NCBI GenBank assembly: GCA_963705255.1
Contig: OY970061.1
Span: forward strand, 736,001 to 800,000
Source of the DNA: an uncultured Methanoregulaceae archaeon
GTDB taxonomy: Archaea > Halobacteriota > Methanomicrobia > Methanomicrobiales > Methanospirillaceae
Length of the DNA: 64,000 bases
Reading direction: 5' to 3'
Shown here: positions 10,396 to 19,765 of the stretch, piece after piece
How the letters are laid out: each line of letters starts with the position of its first letter
Position numbering within the stretch: the stretch's first letter is position 1
The notes under the pieces: generated by a model
The model's input: the letters and a program-made list of their open reading frames with translations, nothing else
Databases searched by the model: none
Told to the model about the DNA's origin: nothing
Translations under genes and position numbers: made by a program

Positions 10396-10920
10396 TCAGA
10401 TAGTCTGATCAAAAATCACTTTTGTTGTCCCATCGCTAAAATGCCCGACTGCAACGAGATGGTTATCTGAACCCGTTACCGGGAACGTTTCATGGGTTCC
10501 GACGGGCAAGGAGGTCTGTCCGCTTCCCCGGGGGATGCTCATCTCGCCTGCATTCGCACCGTTGATGGACAGGGTGACCGCTACAAGGTAGGCAGCGTCC
10601 TGCCCGCCCTGGTATGTCGCAGTGATTGCCGTGCCGTTATCGGTTGCGGTCATCGCTACCACGTACGTTCTCCGGGATCCTCCCGTTCGCGGGGGGTTAT
10701 TATTTTGCCGGGCATTCGAGTTCGTGGCCGAGAGTGCAATGGATAATGGCGACCCTCCGCTGCCGGATTGCTCCGGGGTCTGGGCAGGTGTTACAGCAGT
10801 TCCGGTCGGTTGGGCCTGACTACTGCCCGGATATTGTGTGCATCCGGCGAGAGCTATCCCCAACAGAAGAACCAACGAAATGACGATTACAGCGAGACAA
10901 GACTTTTTCATAGAGTTCAT
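10396..10920 (-). CDS. Lipoprotein with archaeal type IV pilin-like globular domain
   Basis: Lipobox LAGC and Ser/Pro/Thr linker; the C-terminal ~90 aa align by eye with the pilin at 46047-46445 (QGGQDA, QTS.PVG, G.F.DG.T.VI.D). Confidence 0.8.
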   Translation of the reverse strand: MNSMKKSCLAVIVISLVLLLGIALAGCTQYPGSSQAQPTGTAVTPAQTPEQSGSGGSPLSIALSATNSNARQNNNPPRTGGSRRTYVVAMTATDNGTAITATYQGGQDAAYLVAVTLSINGANAGEMSIPRGSGQTSLPVGTHETFPVTGSDNHLVAVGHFSDGTTKVIFDQTI

Positions 10921-11070
10921 CTTTCTATCCGGGAATAATAAAAAATGGGTTACCGGTATTATTTCAAAAGTCCCGCTCCGCACCACGCCACGATCCAGGC
11001 CACAAAGTCACCGAGATGCACCGGAACCCCAAGCGCAAGCATCATATAACACCGGCTCGCACGTTCTGGT

Positions 11071-11526
11071 ATGCAGGATACCATGGCGCTGCCCTTGATA
11101 TTACTTCTCTGTGCAGCAATTCTTTTTGCCGGATGTACTGGTTCACCGGGCCCGGCAGGCACGTCATCGCCCGTGACAGGCACCGCTTCCGGAACGGCCC
11201 AGGCCGGGTGGAGCCTTACGACATCCCCGACCGACGCAATGCCGTCGAACATCGCAGAGACCGTGACCGTGCAGGAGAAAGTGTACGACGGCACGATCCC
11301 GGTTATATTCAATGGAGGGATGGCGCAGAACCTGGTAAAGTCCATCGATGTGACACTCTATCGGGCAGACGGGCAGACCGTTACGGCAGCGATCGGAACG
11401 AACAAAGGCGCCGAGGCGGATTTGCAGGGCACCAAACAGACCGACCGCGTTGTCGTGTACGTAACCATGATGAACGGCGTGACCTACAAAGTTGCCGATG
11501 TCCTCAGCCCGTATACGGTTCATTGA
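11071..11526 (+). CDS. Hypothetical lipoprotein
   Basis: Lipobox FAGC, Thr/Pro linker and a beta-rich domain (IPVIFNGG...DRVVVYVTMMNG). Confidence 0.8.
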   Translation: MQDTMALPLILLLCAAILFAGCTGSPGPAGTSSPVTGTASGTAQAGWSLTTSPTDAMPSNIAETVTVQEKVYDGTIPVIFNGGMAQNLVKSIDVTLYRADGQTVTAAIGTNKGAEADLQGTKQTDRVVVYVTMMNGVTYKVADVLSPYTVH

Positions 11527-11589
11527 GTGATGTCGGACCCGTGAACACACTTTTTTTATCAATCCCGCAAGTACACTCCTTCGTTCATC

Positions 11590-12709
11590 ATGCAGGTCAA
11601 CTGGCGGGTCATCCACGCAGCCCGGAATTCCCAAGCGGTCCTGAGCGCTGCCTGTGAACGTGACGGGATCCGGCTGGAGCCCGTCGATACGCCTGCCGGG
11701 GATATTACCTGCTACAGCCTCAACTCGATCAATGCACCCTGGTACCGGGACGAGATCGCTGGTGCCGGCTGCATCACCATCGCGGGAGGGCCGCATGCCA
11801 CGGCCTGCCCCCGGGAAGTGGCGGAGTACGCCGGGTATGTGGTCACCGGAGAAGGGGAATATACGCTCCCCCGCCTTCTCAGGGACCTCGAAAACGGGGG
11901 CGACGGCCATATTCCGGGGGTCGTCACCGGGAATCATGCGGAGCCGGCCGATACCTGCGTGAACCTCAACGCGTATCCGGCATTTTCCGGGATGAAAGGG
12001 TATGTCGAGATCTCCCGGGGCTGCCCGTTCTCCTGCGGCTACTGCCAGACCCCGCAGATCTTCGGCCACTGCATGCGGCACCGCTCCATAGATGAAATTG
12101 CCCGGTACGCGAACCGGTACGGGCAGGCCCGGTTCGTCTCTCCCAACGCGTTTGCGTACGGCTCCGACGGGGTCCATCCCCGCTGGGACAAGATTGAGCA
12201 TCTCCTCAAATCCCTCCGGCACGAGATCTATTTCGGCACGTTCCCAAGCGAGGTTCGCCCGGAATTTGTCTGCGATGAGTCGCTCTCCCTCGTAAGCCGG
12301 GTACTGCACCAATACGAAGCTCCACTTCGGGGCCCAGTCCGGCAGCGACCGGGTCCTGGATCTCCTCGGGCGGGGTCATTCGGTCCGGGATGTCGTCCAT
12401 GCAGTCGAGCGGTGCCGGGATTACGGTATCCAGCCGGTCGTGGACTTCATTGTCGGGCTCCCTTTTGAGACTGACGAAGACCAGCGAGCGACTGCCGATC
12501 TGATAGCCTGGACGGCCCGGTCCGGGAAGATCCATGTCCACCGCTTCCTCCCCCTGCCCGGGACATATCTTGCCGGGACAACCGCGCGTCCACTCCTGAA
12601 GGATGTGGAAAAACTCTGCGGAAAACTGGCATTATCGGGCAGGCTCACCGGTTCGTGGAACGATCCTGAGATAAGGTTTTTTAGACACCCTTCAAATGAT
12701 ATACCATGA
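11590..12709 (+). CDS. B12-binding/radical SAM protein (TIGR04013-like), frameshifted at ~12300
   Basis: IAGGPHA B12-binding motif and CPFSCGYC radical SAM motif. Removing one G at ~12300 joins ORF 11590 to ORF 12440-12709 via ...YCTNTKLHFGAQSGSD. Confidence 0.85.
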
Positions 12710-13347
12710 AAGATGTGCTTCTGATAGCAGATCTCCATGGTCAATTCGGTAAAATTGATTCATTTCTGGAGTTGAGTCCAGAAGCGGTATTTATTGCAGG
12801 CGATATCACCAATATGGGTCCCGTTGACGCGGTCGATGACGTGCTCTCACGTATCGACGTGCCGTGTTTTGCAGTGCCCGGCAACTGCGACCCGCGTGAG
12901 ATCCTCGATACGCTCGAACACTCGGACACCGTGTGCATGCATGGGGCCCAGATCAACCTCGGGAAGATGACTATCGTCGGGGTCGGGGGATCCAACCCGA
13001 CGCCGTTCAATACGCCGTTCGAGCTCACCGACAAGCAGATAGACGACACGCTGCACAGCGCGATGAGGAAGATGGAGAAGACGGTCCACAACATCCTCCT
13101 CACCCACGCACCGCCGTTCGAGACCCTCGACCGGATCAACGGCGACCACGTCGGCAGCCACAGTATCCGGAAGCATATCAAATCCTTCGACCTGGTCTGC
13201 TGCGCCCACATCCACGAGCAGCGGGGTGTGATGGACATCGACGGGGTAAAGATCATCAACCCCGGCCCGGCAATGGACGGCTACTGTGCCATGCTCCACT
13301 TCGGCACCGAGGCCCGGGACATCAGGGTCGAACTGCTGACCGTATAG
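12706..13347 (+). CDS. Calcineurin-like metallophosphoesterase
   Basis: ADLHG, AGDIT, PGNCD, THAPP and AHIHE motifs. Confidence 0.92.
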   Translation: MKDVLLIADLHGQFGKIDSFLELSPEAVFIAGDITNMGPVDAVDDVLSRIDVPCFAVPGNCDPREILDTLEHSDTVCMHGAQINLGKMTIVGVGGSNPTPFNTPFELTDKQIDDTLHSAMRKMEKTVHNILLTHAPPFETLDRINGDHVGSHSIRKHIKSFDLVCCAHIHEQRGVMDIDGVKIINPGPAMDGYCAMLHFGTEARDIRVELLTV

Positions 13348-13531
13348 AGAGCCGTCCGGGGCAGGAGGCGGACAGCGATTCGCACTCTGTTAAAGTCTCT
13401 TTTTAAATTTTTAAGAGTTGAGCAAAGCGGGATTCGGGAGGGAGAATTCATCGGAGTTCCTTGCTATTATCCTGTGAGAATTATGTTCCCGGAACATGAC
13501 AATGGGGGCTGAAGCCCCCATACCCCAATAA

Positions 13532-13692
13532 GGATAGTTGCCGCCGCCCCGGAGGACGCCCCGCGGCGGCCTCAATTACTTGTTTAATTCGGTAATCTGC
13601 CCCGCCGTACTCGAAGTTCCTACGGACTTCTCGACTTCGTGGTCCAAATGAACCTCTCAGTCCTCGGAGAGGCCCTGAGGCGGGGAACCCTC
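13532..13692 (+). repeat. GC-rich intergenic repeat (motif A + motif B) carrying a 52-bp two-hairpin insert
   Basis: Similar to 57636-57783: GCCGCCGCCCC...GCCCCGCGGCGG and TGCCCCGCCGT...AGAGGCCCTGAGGCGGGGAACCCTC. Extra sequence occupies 13611-13662. Confidence 0.85.
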
Positions 13693-13786
13693 ATATATAT
13701 GCGATTTTCGTTATTCAAGTTTGAACTCTTGTTCATGTCCATTTCATTGAAGAAGAATGTGTACACCGGGATTCAGAAAAAAGAGA

Positions 13787-14329
13787 TCAGTCCCGGACTG
13801 CTGACCGCTTAGCGAGCAGGAGTTCTAGGTATGAGGCGAGAATCGGCTCGCCCTCAACCCCAATATCTTTTGCAATCTCCTCGATCGTTGCCGTTGGGTT
13901 ATCGTTCTCGTTCCCGGCGATCACTTCAATCTCGGCAAAGGTCCCGAGCTCCTCGACCGTATCGAGCGAGATCGACGCAGTACCAAGGGTATAGTTCTCG
14001 CGCCACTTGTTCACTTCGGTTGTCCTCGTAAACCCGAGCCGGGCGAGCATCGTCTCGAAAGCTTCCCCGGACTCCACGGCGAAGTTCAGTTCCTCCCGGG
14101 CTTTAAGCCCGTATTTCCTGATCTTCGGGCCCTTGTACGTGACAACCGCACGGTCGTCCGTGTACCGCACCCGGACGGCTTCATCGGTCAGGGCGAAATC
14201 CCGGTGGGGGGCATTATAATAGATATCGTGTTCATGAACCCTGCCACGGAATTGTGCATTTTTTCTGGTGAGCTCTTCACGAACCGGATCGAGCGACGGT
14301 ATCCTTACCTTGAGTTCCACTTCGAGCAT
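13787..14329 (-). CDS. cyaB: CYTH-domain protein (class IV adenylate cyclase family)
   Basis: EVELK, DIYY, RVR, TYKGP, K.RE and FAEIE CYTH motifs. Confidence 0.92.
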   Translation of the reverse strand: MLEVELKVRIPSLDPVREELTRKNAQFRGRVHEHDIYYNAPHRDFALTDEAVRVRYTDDRAVVTYKGPKIRKYGLKAREELNFAVESGEAFETMLARLGFTRTTEVNKWRENYTLGTASISLDTVEELGTFAEIEVIAGNENDNPTATIEEIAKDIGVEGEPILASYLELLLAKRSAVRD

Positions 14330-14397
14330 GGATGTGCCACACGTTTATCTGTCTTCATTGCGATTTAATATAGTCACGTACTATAGTCAGGTGAACC

Positions 14398-15078
14398 ATG
14401 GCAATACGAGAAGGAGATTTTATCAGGCTGAGTTATACGGGCACCGTCAATGGCAATGTTTTTGATACCACTGACGAGGAAGAGGCAAAAAAAGCAGGCA
14501 TCCACAGCGAGAATGCGGTGTACGGCCCGGTCACGATCTGTGTCGGCCAGAAGCACGTCATCGCCGGTCTCGACGAAGAACTCGTTGGCAAGGAAGCCGG
14601 TACCGAAGGCGAAGTCACCGTCCAGCCCGAGAAGGCATTCGGGGAGCGCGACCCGAAGAAGATCCAGTCGTTCCCCAAGAGCAAGTTTACCGAGAAACCG
14701 GTCCGCGGGATGCCGGTGAAGATCGATGAGCAGGGCGAGGGCACGGTCGTCGATGTCATCGGTTCGCGGGTCATCGTGGACTTCAACCCGGCCCTTGCCG
14801 GGCAGGCCCTCACCTACCAGTACAAGATCGAGGAAGATGTGCCCGAACCTCTCGACCAGTTGAAAGGCCTCATCCGCCTCTATGCGGGCAGGGAGATGGA
14901 GGTAACGATCGACGGCGACAAGGCAACGGTCACCCTCCCGCCCGGGATCAACTATGACCGCCGCTGGCTTCTCTGGCGCGGGCGGATACTCCACGAAGGT
15001 TTCGAACTGATCGCGGGGATCTCGGAGATCACCCTTGTCGAGACCTACAAGAGACCGGAGAAGAAAGAAGCAGCATAA
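14398..15078 (+). CDS. Long-type archaeal FKBP peptidyl-prolyl isomerase (SlyD-like)
   Basis: FDTT, GLDEEL, PEKAFGERD and VDFNPALAG motifs. Confidence 0.92.
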   Translation: MAIREGDFIRLSYTGTVNGNVFDTTDEEEAKKAGIHSENAVYGPVTICVGQKHVIAGLDEELVGKEAGTEGEVTVQPEKAFGERDPKKIQSFPKSKFTEKPVRGMPVKIDEQGEGTVVDVIGSRVIVDFNPALAGQALTYQYKIEEDVPEPLDQLKGLIRLYAGREMEVTIDGDKATVTLPPGINYDRRWLLWRGRILHEGFELIAGISEITLVETYKRPEKKEAA

Positions 15079-15241
15079 CTGTCCTGAATTCTTTTTCCCA
15101 TTTTTTCGGATCTGGTCAGGTATCCGGCATTCATTCCGGTGAATCACTGCGCACATTCGTGGGACCAAAAACCTGCCGACCGGTATACGGGCATATCATG
15201 GAAATACCGGTTTTTTATAGTGCCTGCTCGAAATACTCATT

Positions 15242-16325
15242 ATGAACAACAATCATCTCATCGCAACCCTGGCGGTTCTCTTCCTCGTACTGGCCGTCTT
15301 CCTGTCGGGATGCTCCGGTTCCCAGTCTTCCTCCGGCACGGCATCGCAGGCGGGAGTGTCCGGCGCTGCGACGACAGCAGCGTCATCGTCGCCCCTGTAC
15401 CAGGCCGGGGATATTCTCAAAAACCCGAAATCGAGTTCCACGAGCGGAGTCCTCATCGTCAGCTACGATGCAGGGACTGACACCTATGCCCGGGCGTTTG
15501 TCTCTCTCATCGGCAGCAGTTGGTTCCGCATGGATTCCAGTTCGGAACCCATGGACCGGTCGAGCACTCGAGAAAATATACACGGAGAAAATAACGAACA
15601 TCCCCGTCTCGCAGGTGCCGATAGGCACCCCCGTTCCGACAGCAACGCCGGTGCCGGTGACCACGGTCCCGGTATATTCCCCCCTCCCGACAACCGCAAC
15701 TACGGCGACGACTACCACATCCGGCGCAGCCCCCACGATACAGAGCATCTCCCCGTATTACGGATATGCGGGTACCTCGGTCTCGATAACTTCACTGGCA
15801 GGCTACAACTTCATTTCCGGGGCAACGGTGCAGCTGGCAAACTCCGCTGGCCAGAATATCTCGGCGACCGGTGTATCCGTTGTGTCCGGCAGCACCATCA
15901 CCTGTACCTTTGCCATCCCGTCGAACGCGACCGTTGGGGCCTGGGACGTGTACGTCACCAACCCGAACGGGTATGTCGGAAAATACAGCAACGGGTTCGT
16001 AGTCCATCAGAACACCGCGGCCACAGCGACCACCACGACGTCATCGTCCGGACCGACTATCACAGGTATCAGTCCTACTTTTATGATTTCGCCAAGTCAC
16101 ACCTCATACACGATAACCGGGACGAATTTCATAGGTCTTCCTGCCGTCAGCCTGACAAACGGTGGCCAGACCATCCCTCAGTATACCGTTGCGTCGACTT
16201 CTTCCACCCAGATCGTCGTATACTTCGATATCCCGCAAAATATTGGCGGTACCTGGAACGTGGTCGTCACCAATCCTGACGGCACAACAGCCACCCTTAC
16301 CGGTGGGATTACGATCCACAGCTGA
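15242..16325 (+). CDS. Cell-surface lipoprotein with two IPT/TIG-like domains, frameshifted at ~15570
   Basis: Lipobox LSGC in ORF 15242; continues in ORF 15468-16325 with two PTI.SISP...G.NF...W.V.VTNP.G domains. Confidence 0.8.
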
Positions 16326-16408
16326 TAAAAATAACGCGAATTTTTTTTCACAGGCCGGACGGCAATAATCATTTTTAAAAATTACTCGCGCAGGCCCGGT
16401 TGCAGGAA

Positions 16409-17437
16409 TCAGGCACCCGGGCGGTAGCGGAGAAGAGCGGCAATTCCCCCGAGCGCAGCAAGCCGCTCGCCGGGTTCGAACGAGGACGAGAGCACAACGA
16501 TGGTCGCCTTCATCGCCTCGGCTTTTTCTATCAGCTGCGTGATCCCGGGATCCCGCAGGAGGGTGTCTGCTACCAGGACCTGCTCTGCCGCGCCGTACCC
16601 GATCGCCTCTTCCACTTCCCGGCGGCCGTAGGCGACTGCACCTTCCCGCGAGATCCTCAGGAGCACTTCGTCCATCATCTTCACTTCGCGGGAGAGCTGG
16701 AGGTCGCCCATCAGCCGGTCGAGGGCCCCGTTCCCGATGACATCCTGGACCGCGCCGCGCCCGATGCGCCGCGTTTCGACGACGATTGCCCGTCCGGCTG
16801 CCGGGGAATTTTTGCTCCGTGCGAACTGAACGAAATCATCCTTGACAAACCCGGGCCCGGCAATGATGAGCGGGCCGGAGATGTCTGCAATGAGGGGGAG
16901 GAGCTGGTCGAACAGGCCGGTCCGAGACCCGCCCTCCGCACCTTTGCTGCTGCCGGCCATCAGGGTGATGACACTCTCCGGCCCGTACTGCCGGAGCCGG
17001 AAGAGTTCAGCCTCACCCTCCTCGAGGGTCAGGATATGGATGACGCCATAGACCGACGCCTTTACCGCCCGTTCGATCCGCTCGAGATCGATCGGGCGCC
17101 ACGGTTTTATGACCGAGATCTCGTACCCGGTCTCGACGTTGATCGTGTGGTACGCCCCGACATCGACACCGTGTTCGATGAGGCCCGAGAGCCGGAGCCT
17201 GACCCCATGCTCCGAGAACTCCTCCCGCTCCACCCGCAGGCCGAGACGGACCGGGCGTTTCTCCACCTTCTCGGGGCGGAGCTTGTCGCTTGCCGCGTCC
17301 ACGCTCCGGAAGCTCGTGGCGAAGACAAGGTCCCCGGGACCGATGAGGTGGCGGAGGTGCCAGAGGTCGTCGATGCTCTCCGGCAGGAGCCGGATCTCGC
17401 CGTAATTGTTCCGGATCTCCCCGTATTCAGCCTTCAT
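16409..17437 (-). CDS. pelA: mRNA surveillance protein aPelota (Dom34)
   Basis: PESIDDLWHL, YHTINVE, AGPGFVK, AYG and LGGIAALLRY motifs. Confidence 0.95.
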   Translation of the reverse strand: MKAEYGEIRNNYGEIRLLPESIDDLWHLRHLIGPGDLVFATSFRSVDAASDKLRPEKVEKRPVRLGLRVEREEFSEHGVRLRLSGLIEHGVDVGAYHTINVETGYEISVIKPWRPIDLERIERAVKASVYGVIHILTLEEGEAELFRLRQYGPESVITLMAGSSKGAEGGSRTGLFDQLLPLIADISGPLIIAGPGFVKDDFVQFARSKNSPAAGRAIVVETRRIGRGAVQDVIGNGALDRLMGDLQLSREVKMMDEVLLRISREGAVAYGRREVEEAIGYGAAEQVLVADTLLRDPGITQLIEKAEAMKATIVVLSSSFEPGERLAALGGIAALLRYRPGA

Positions 17438-19320
17438 GGTGCCCCACGATGTCGGAACCGCCCGGGGGCACGAATGCTGCCACCTGTTCGGTGTTCAGGA
17501 TACCCCTCAGGGCTTTTCCGTCTTCCTCGGTCAGTTTTCCTTTGAGGTCCCTCAGGACTTTTTTTGCCACATCATTGGGTTCGAACTGCCCGGGCCTGAG
17601 TTCCGCGTACGCCGCTACTCTCTCCCGTATCGCGGAAGGCGGGCCGCCGATGACCGCGGCCTGGGGTTCAAGCATGAGTCCGATACCGACCGCCAGGGGA
17701 ACATTCCGGTAGGTACGTGCGTTCTCCCCGGACTATGAACGACCCGCGGGAGACGTACTCCCCGGACTCTGGTGTCTTGCTGACCTGCGCGGGAAGCGCG
17801 CTGTAGACATCGGCGGAGAAATGGCCGCTCCGCCATGCCCCGGAATAGGAGGCTGCAAACTGCGCAACCTCGTCCATCCGCTCCGTCCTCCCCTTGACGA
17901 TGACGACGCTCGCCCCGTGGACGTCGGCATGCACGAAGAGGTCGCCTCCGGCCAGGTATTTTTTGACCAGTTCCTCGTTCTGGGAGGCGTCGCGCCCGCC
18001 AAGGACCACGATGCCGTCGCTGGTCACGAACCAGCGGAAGCGGTGGTACCACTGTTTTTTCAGGGGGATAAAATCCCGTTTCTGCACCTTCTTCTTCGGG
18101 CGGACGGTCGCCATGGCGGCGAGCGCCCCCGCTTTCTTCCTCTTGAATTTTTTTATGAGATCGTGATACCGCCCGGCGTTCTGCTCCACGCTCTCGTGGA
18201 CATGGATCTTCACCCGTCTCCCGATATCGACTTCCACGGCCGCTTCGCCCGGGTAAAATGCCGTGATCTTTTTCGCATCGTCCGAGACGGTGTCCCTGAG
18301 GTGCTTCTCGATCTCCTGCCACGACAGCTGCCTGCTCGCGATATCGAGAGCGGTGATGAGCTGCCGGATGAAGGCATAGTTCTCGTAGATCGCGTTGACA
18401 ATCTCCCCGTTCTTTTGAATAGTGGCGTCAAATTTCTTTACCGCTGCTTCCTGGTGCAGGCGGATACGGTCTTCCTTTGCTATCTTCGGGCGGGCTGCTG
18501 ACTTTTTCTCGGTTTTCGTAAGAGGGAAGAATGCTTCGAGCGCTTCGGAGAACGTGGGAAAGGACTGCCCGTCGTTCCCTTCCCCAAGATCGACGGGCTC
18601 GCAGTGCTTTGCCGAGATCACCGGTGAGCGGTCGTGCAGCACCCGGGAGAAGAGGTCCTGTATCGCGGCAAAAATAACGTCCGGGTCTGCGGAAGCCGCG
18701 GCAGCGGACTTGTCGATGCCGGTCATCCTGCAGATATATTCCGCGTACATCCCGCCGAGCATGCAGCCGGTCGCGAGGGCCCGGACAAGGTCGCGGCTGT
18801 CCTTTTTGAGGGCCGCAGCAAGATTTTCACGGGATCCGGTGGGATCGGTGCTGCCGAGGACGTACGGGACGTTCGGGACGACCTCCCGGTCCCTGAACCG
18901 GTGGTGCCAGAGCGGTTTTATGATAGTGTACGTATCGTCGGCAAGGATGACATTCCCCTCATCGAACAGTTCGATGATGAGGTGGTACGTGAGGTTGCCT
19001 TTCCCGATATCGAAGATGAGGATCCGTTCGAGGCCGTGCTGGCGGATGGCCAGCACTTTTCCCCCGGAGATGTACTTGCGCAGGAGCATGGCAAACTGCG
19101 GGGGGTTCTTCGGGGGTTCCGGCAGATCCTTCACCAGGTGGGCCCGCCTGCCGGCCTCGATGATCAGCTGGTACTTTGCCTTGTTCCCGCCATTGAGCCG
19201 GACCGCGAGCGTACGGGTGTCGAACTGGTAGACCTTGTCTACCCAGAGCGGGAGCTTCCCGGACAACTCGGACGCCATTGCCATCACGTCGATCCCGCTC
19301 ATGCCCTGTTCGGATGCCAT
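17427..19320 (-). CDS. rqcH: Ribosome quality-control factor RqcH/NEMF (FbpA/DUF814), frameshifted at ~17712
   Basis: FAMLLRK, IIELFDEGN, WYHRFRWF, GGRDA.QNE, HADVHGA and SKTPESGEY motifs. Removing one C links it to ORF 17427-17675. Confidence 0.92.
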
Positions 19321-19383
19321 GGTGGTTTATACCAAATTACATATGGCTTGCGCACTAAAAAATAAGACTACTGGTGTTGCGGG

Positions 19384-19746
19384 ATGAGCGAAAATACCAT
19401 CGAAGAAAAGCCTGTCCAGGCAAAAAAAGCTAAAACCAAGGCTGACAAGCAGGCCGAACATATCGCCCGCATCAAGCGGACGCTTGTCGCCTCCGTCCTG
19501 GGCATCCTGACCGGGATCATCTCCTATTATGCGGGTGGCATCCCGGGAACAACCGGCCTCCAGAATGACGGGGTTCTCGGGTTCATGCTCATGCTGGCCG
19601 GGGTCGTCCTCCAGAAACACATCTTCATCCTCTCCGGCATGGATACTTCCAGGCTCGGCGCAAAAGACTGGTTCTACCAGGGATTCATGACATTCGCGTT
19701 CTGGTTTATGACCTGGACGATCATGCTGACCGCCATCCCCCGGTAA
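19384..19746 (+). CDS. Archaeal EMC6-like small membrane protein
   Basis: Three TM helices, C-terminal KDWFYQGFMTFAFWFMTWTI; immediately upstream of ABCE1. Confidence 0.75.
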   Translation: MSENTIEEKPVQAKKAKTKADKQAEHIARIKRTLVASVLGILTGIISYYAGGIPGTTGLQNDGVLGFMLMLAGVVLQKHIFILSGMDTSRLGAKDWFYQGFMTFAFWFMTWTIMLTAIPR

Positions 19747-19765
19747 TTCCTCTTCTGGGGTTTCC

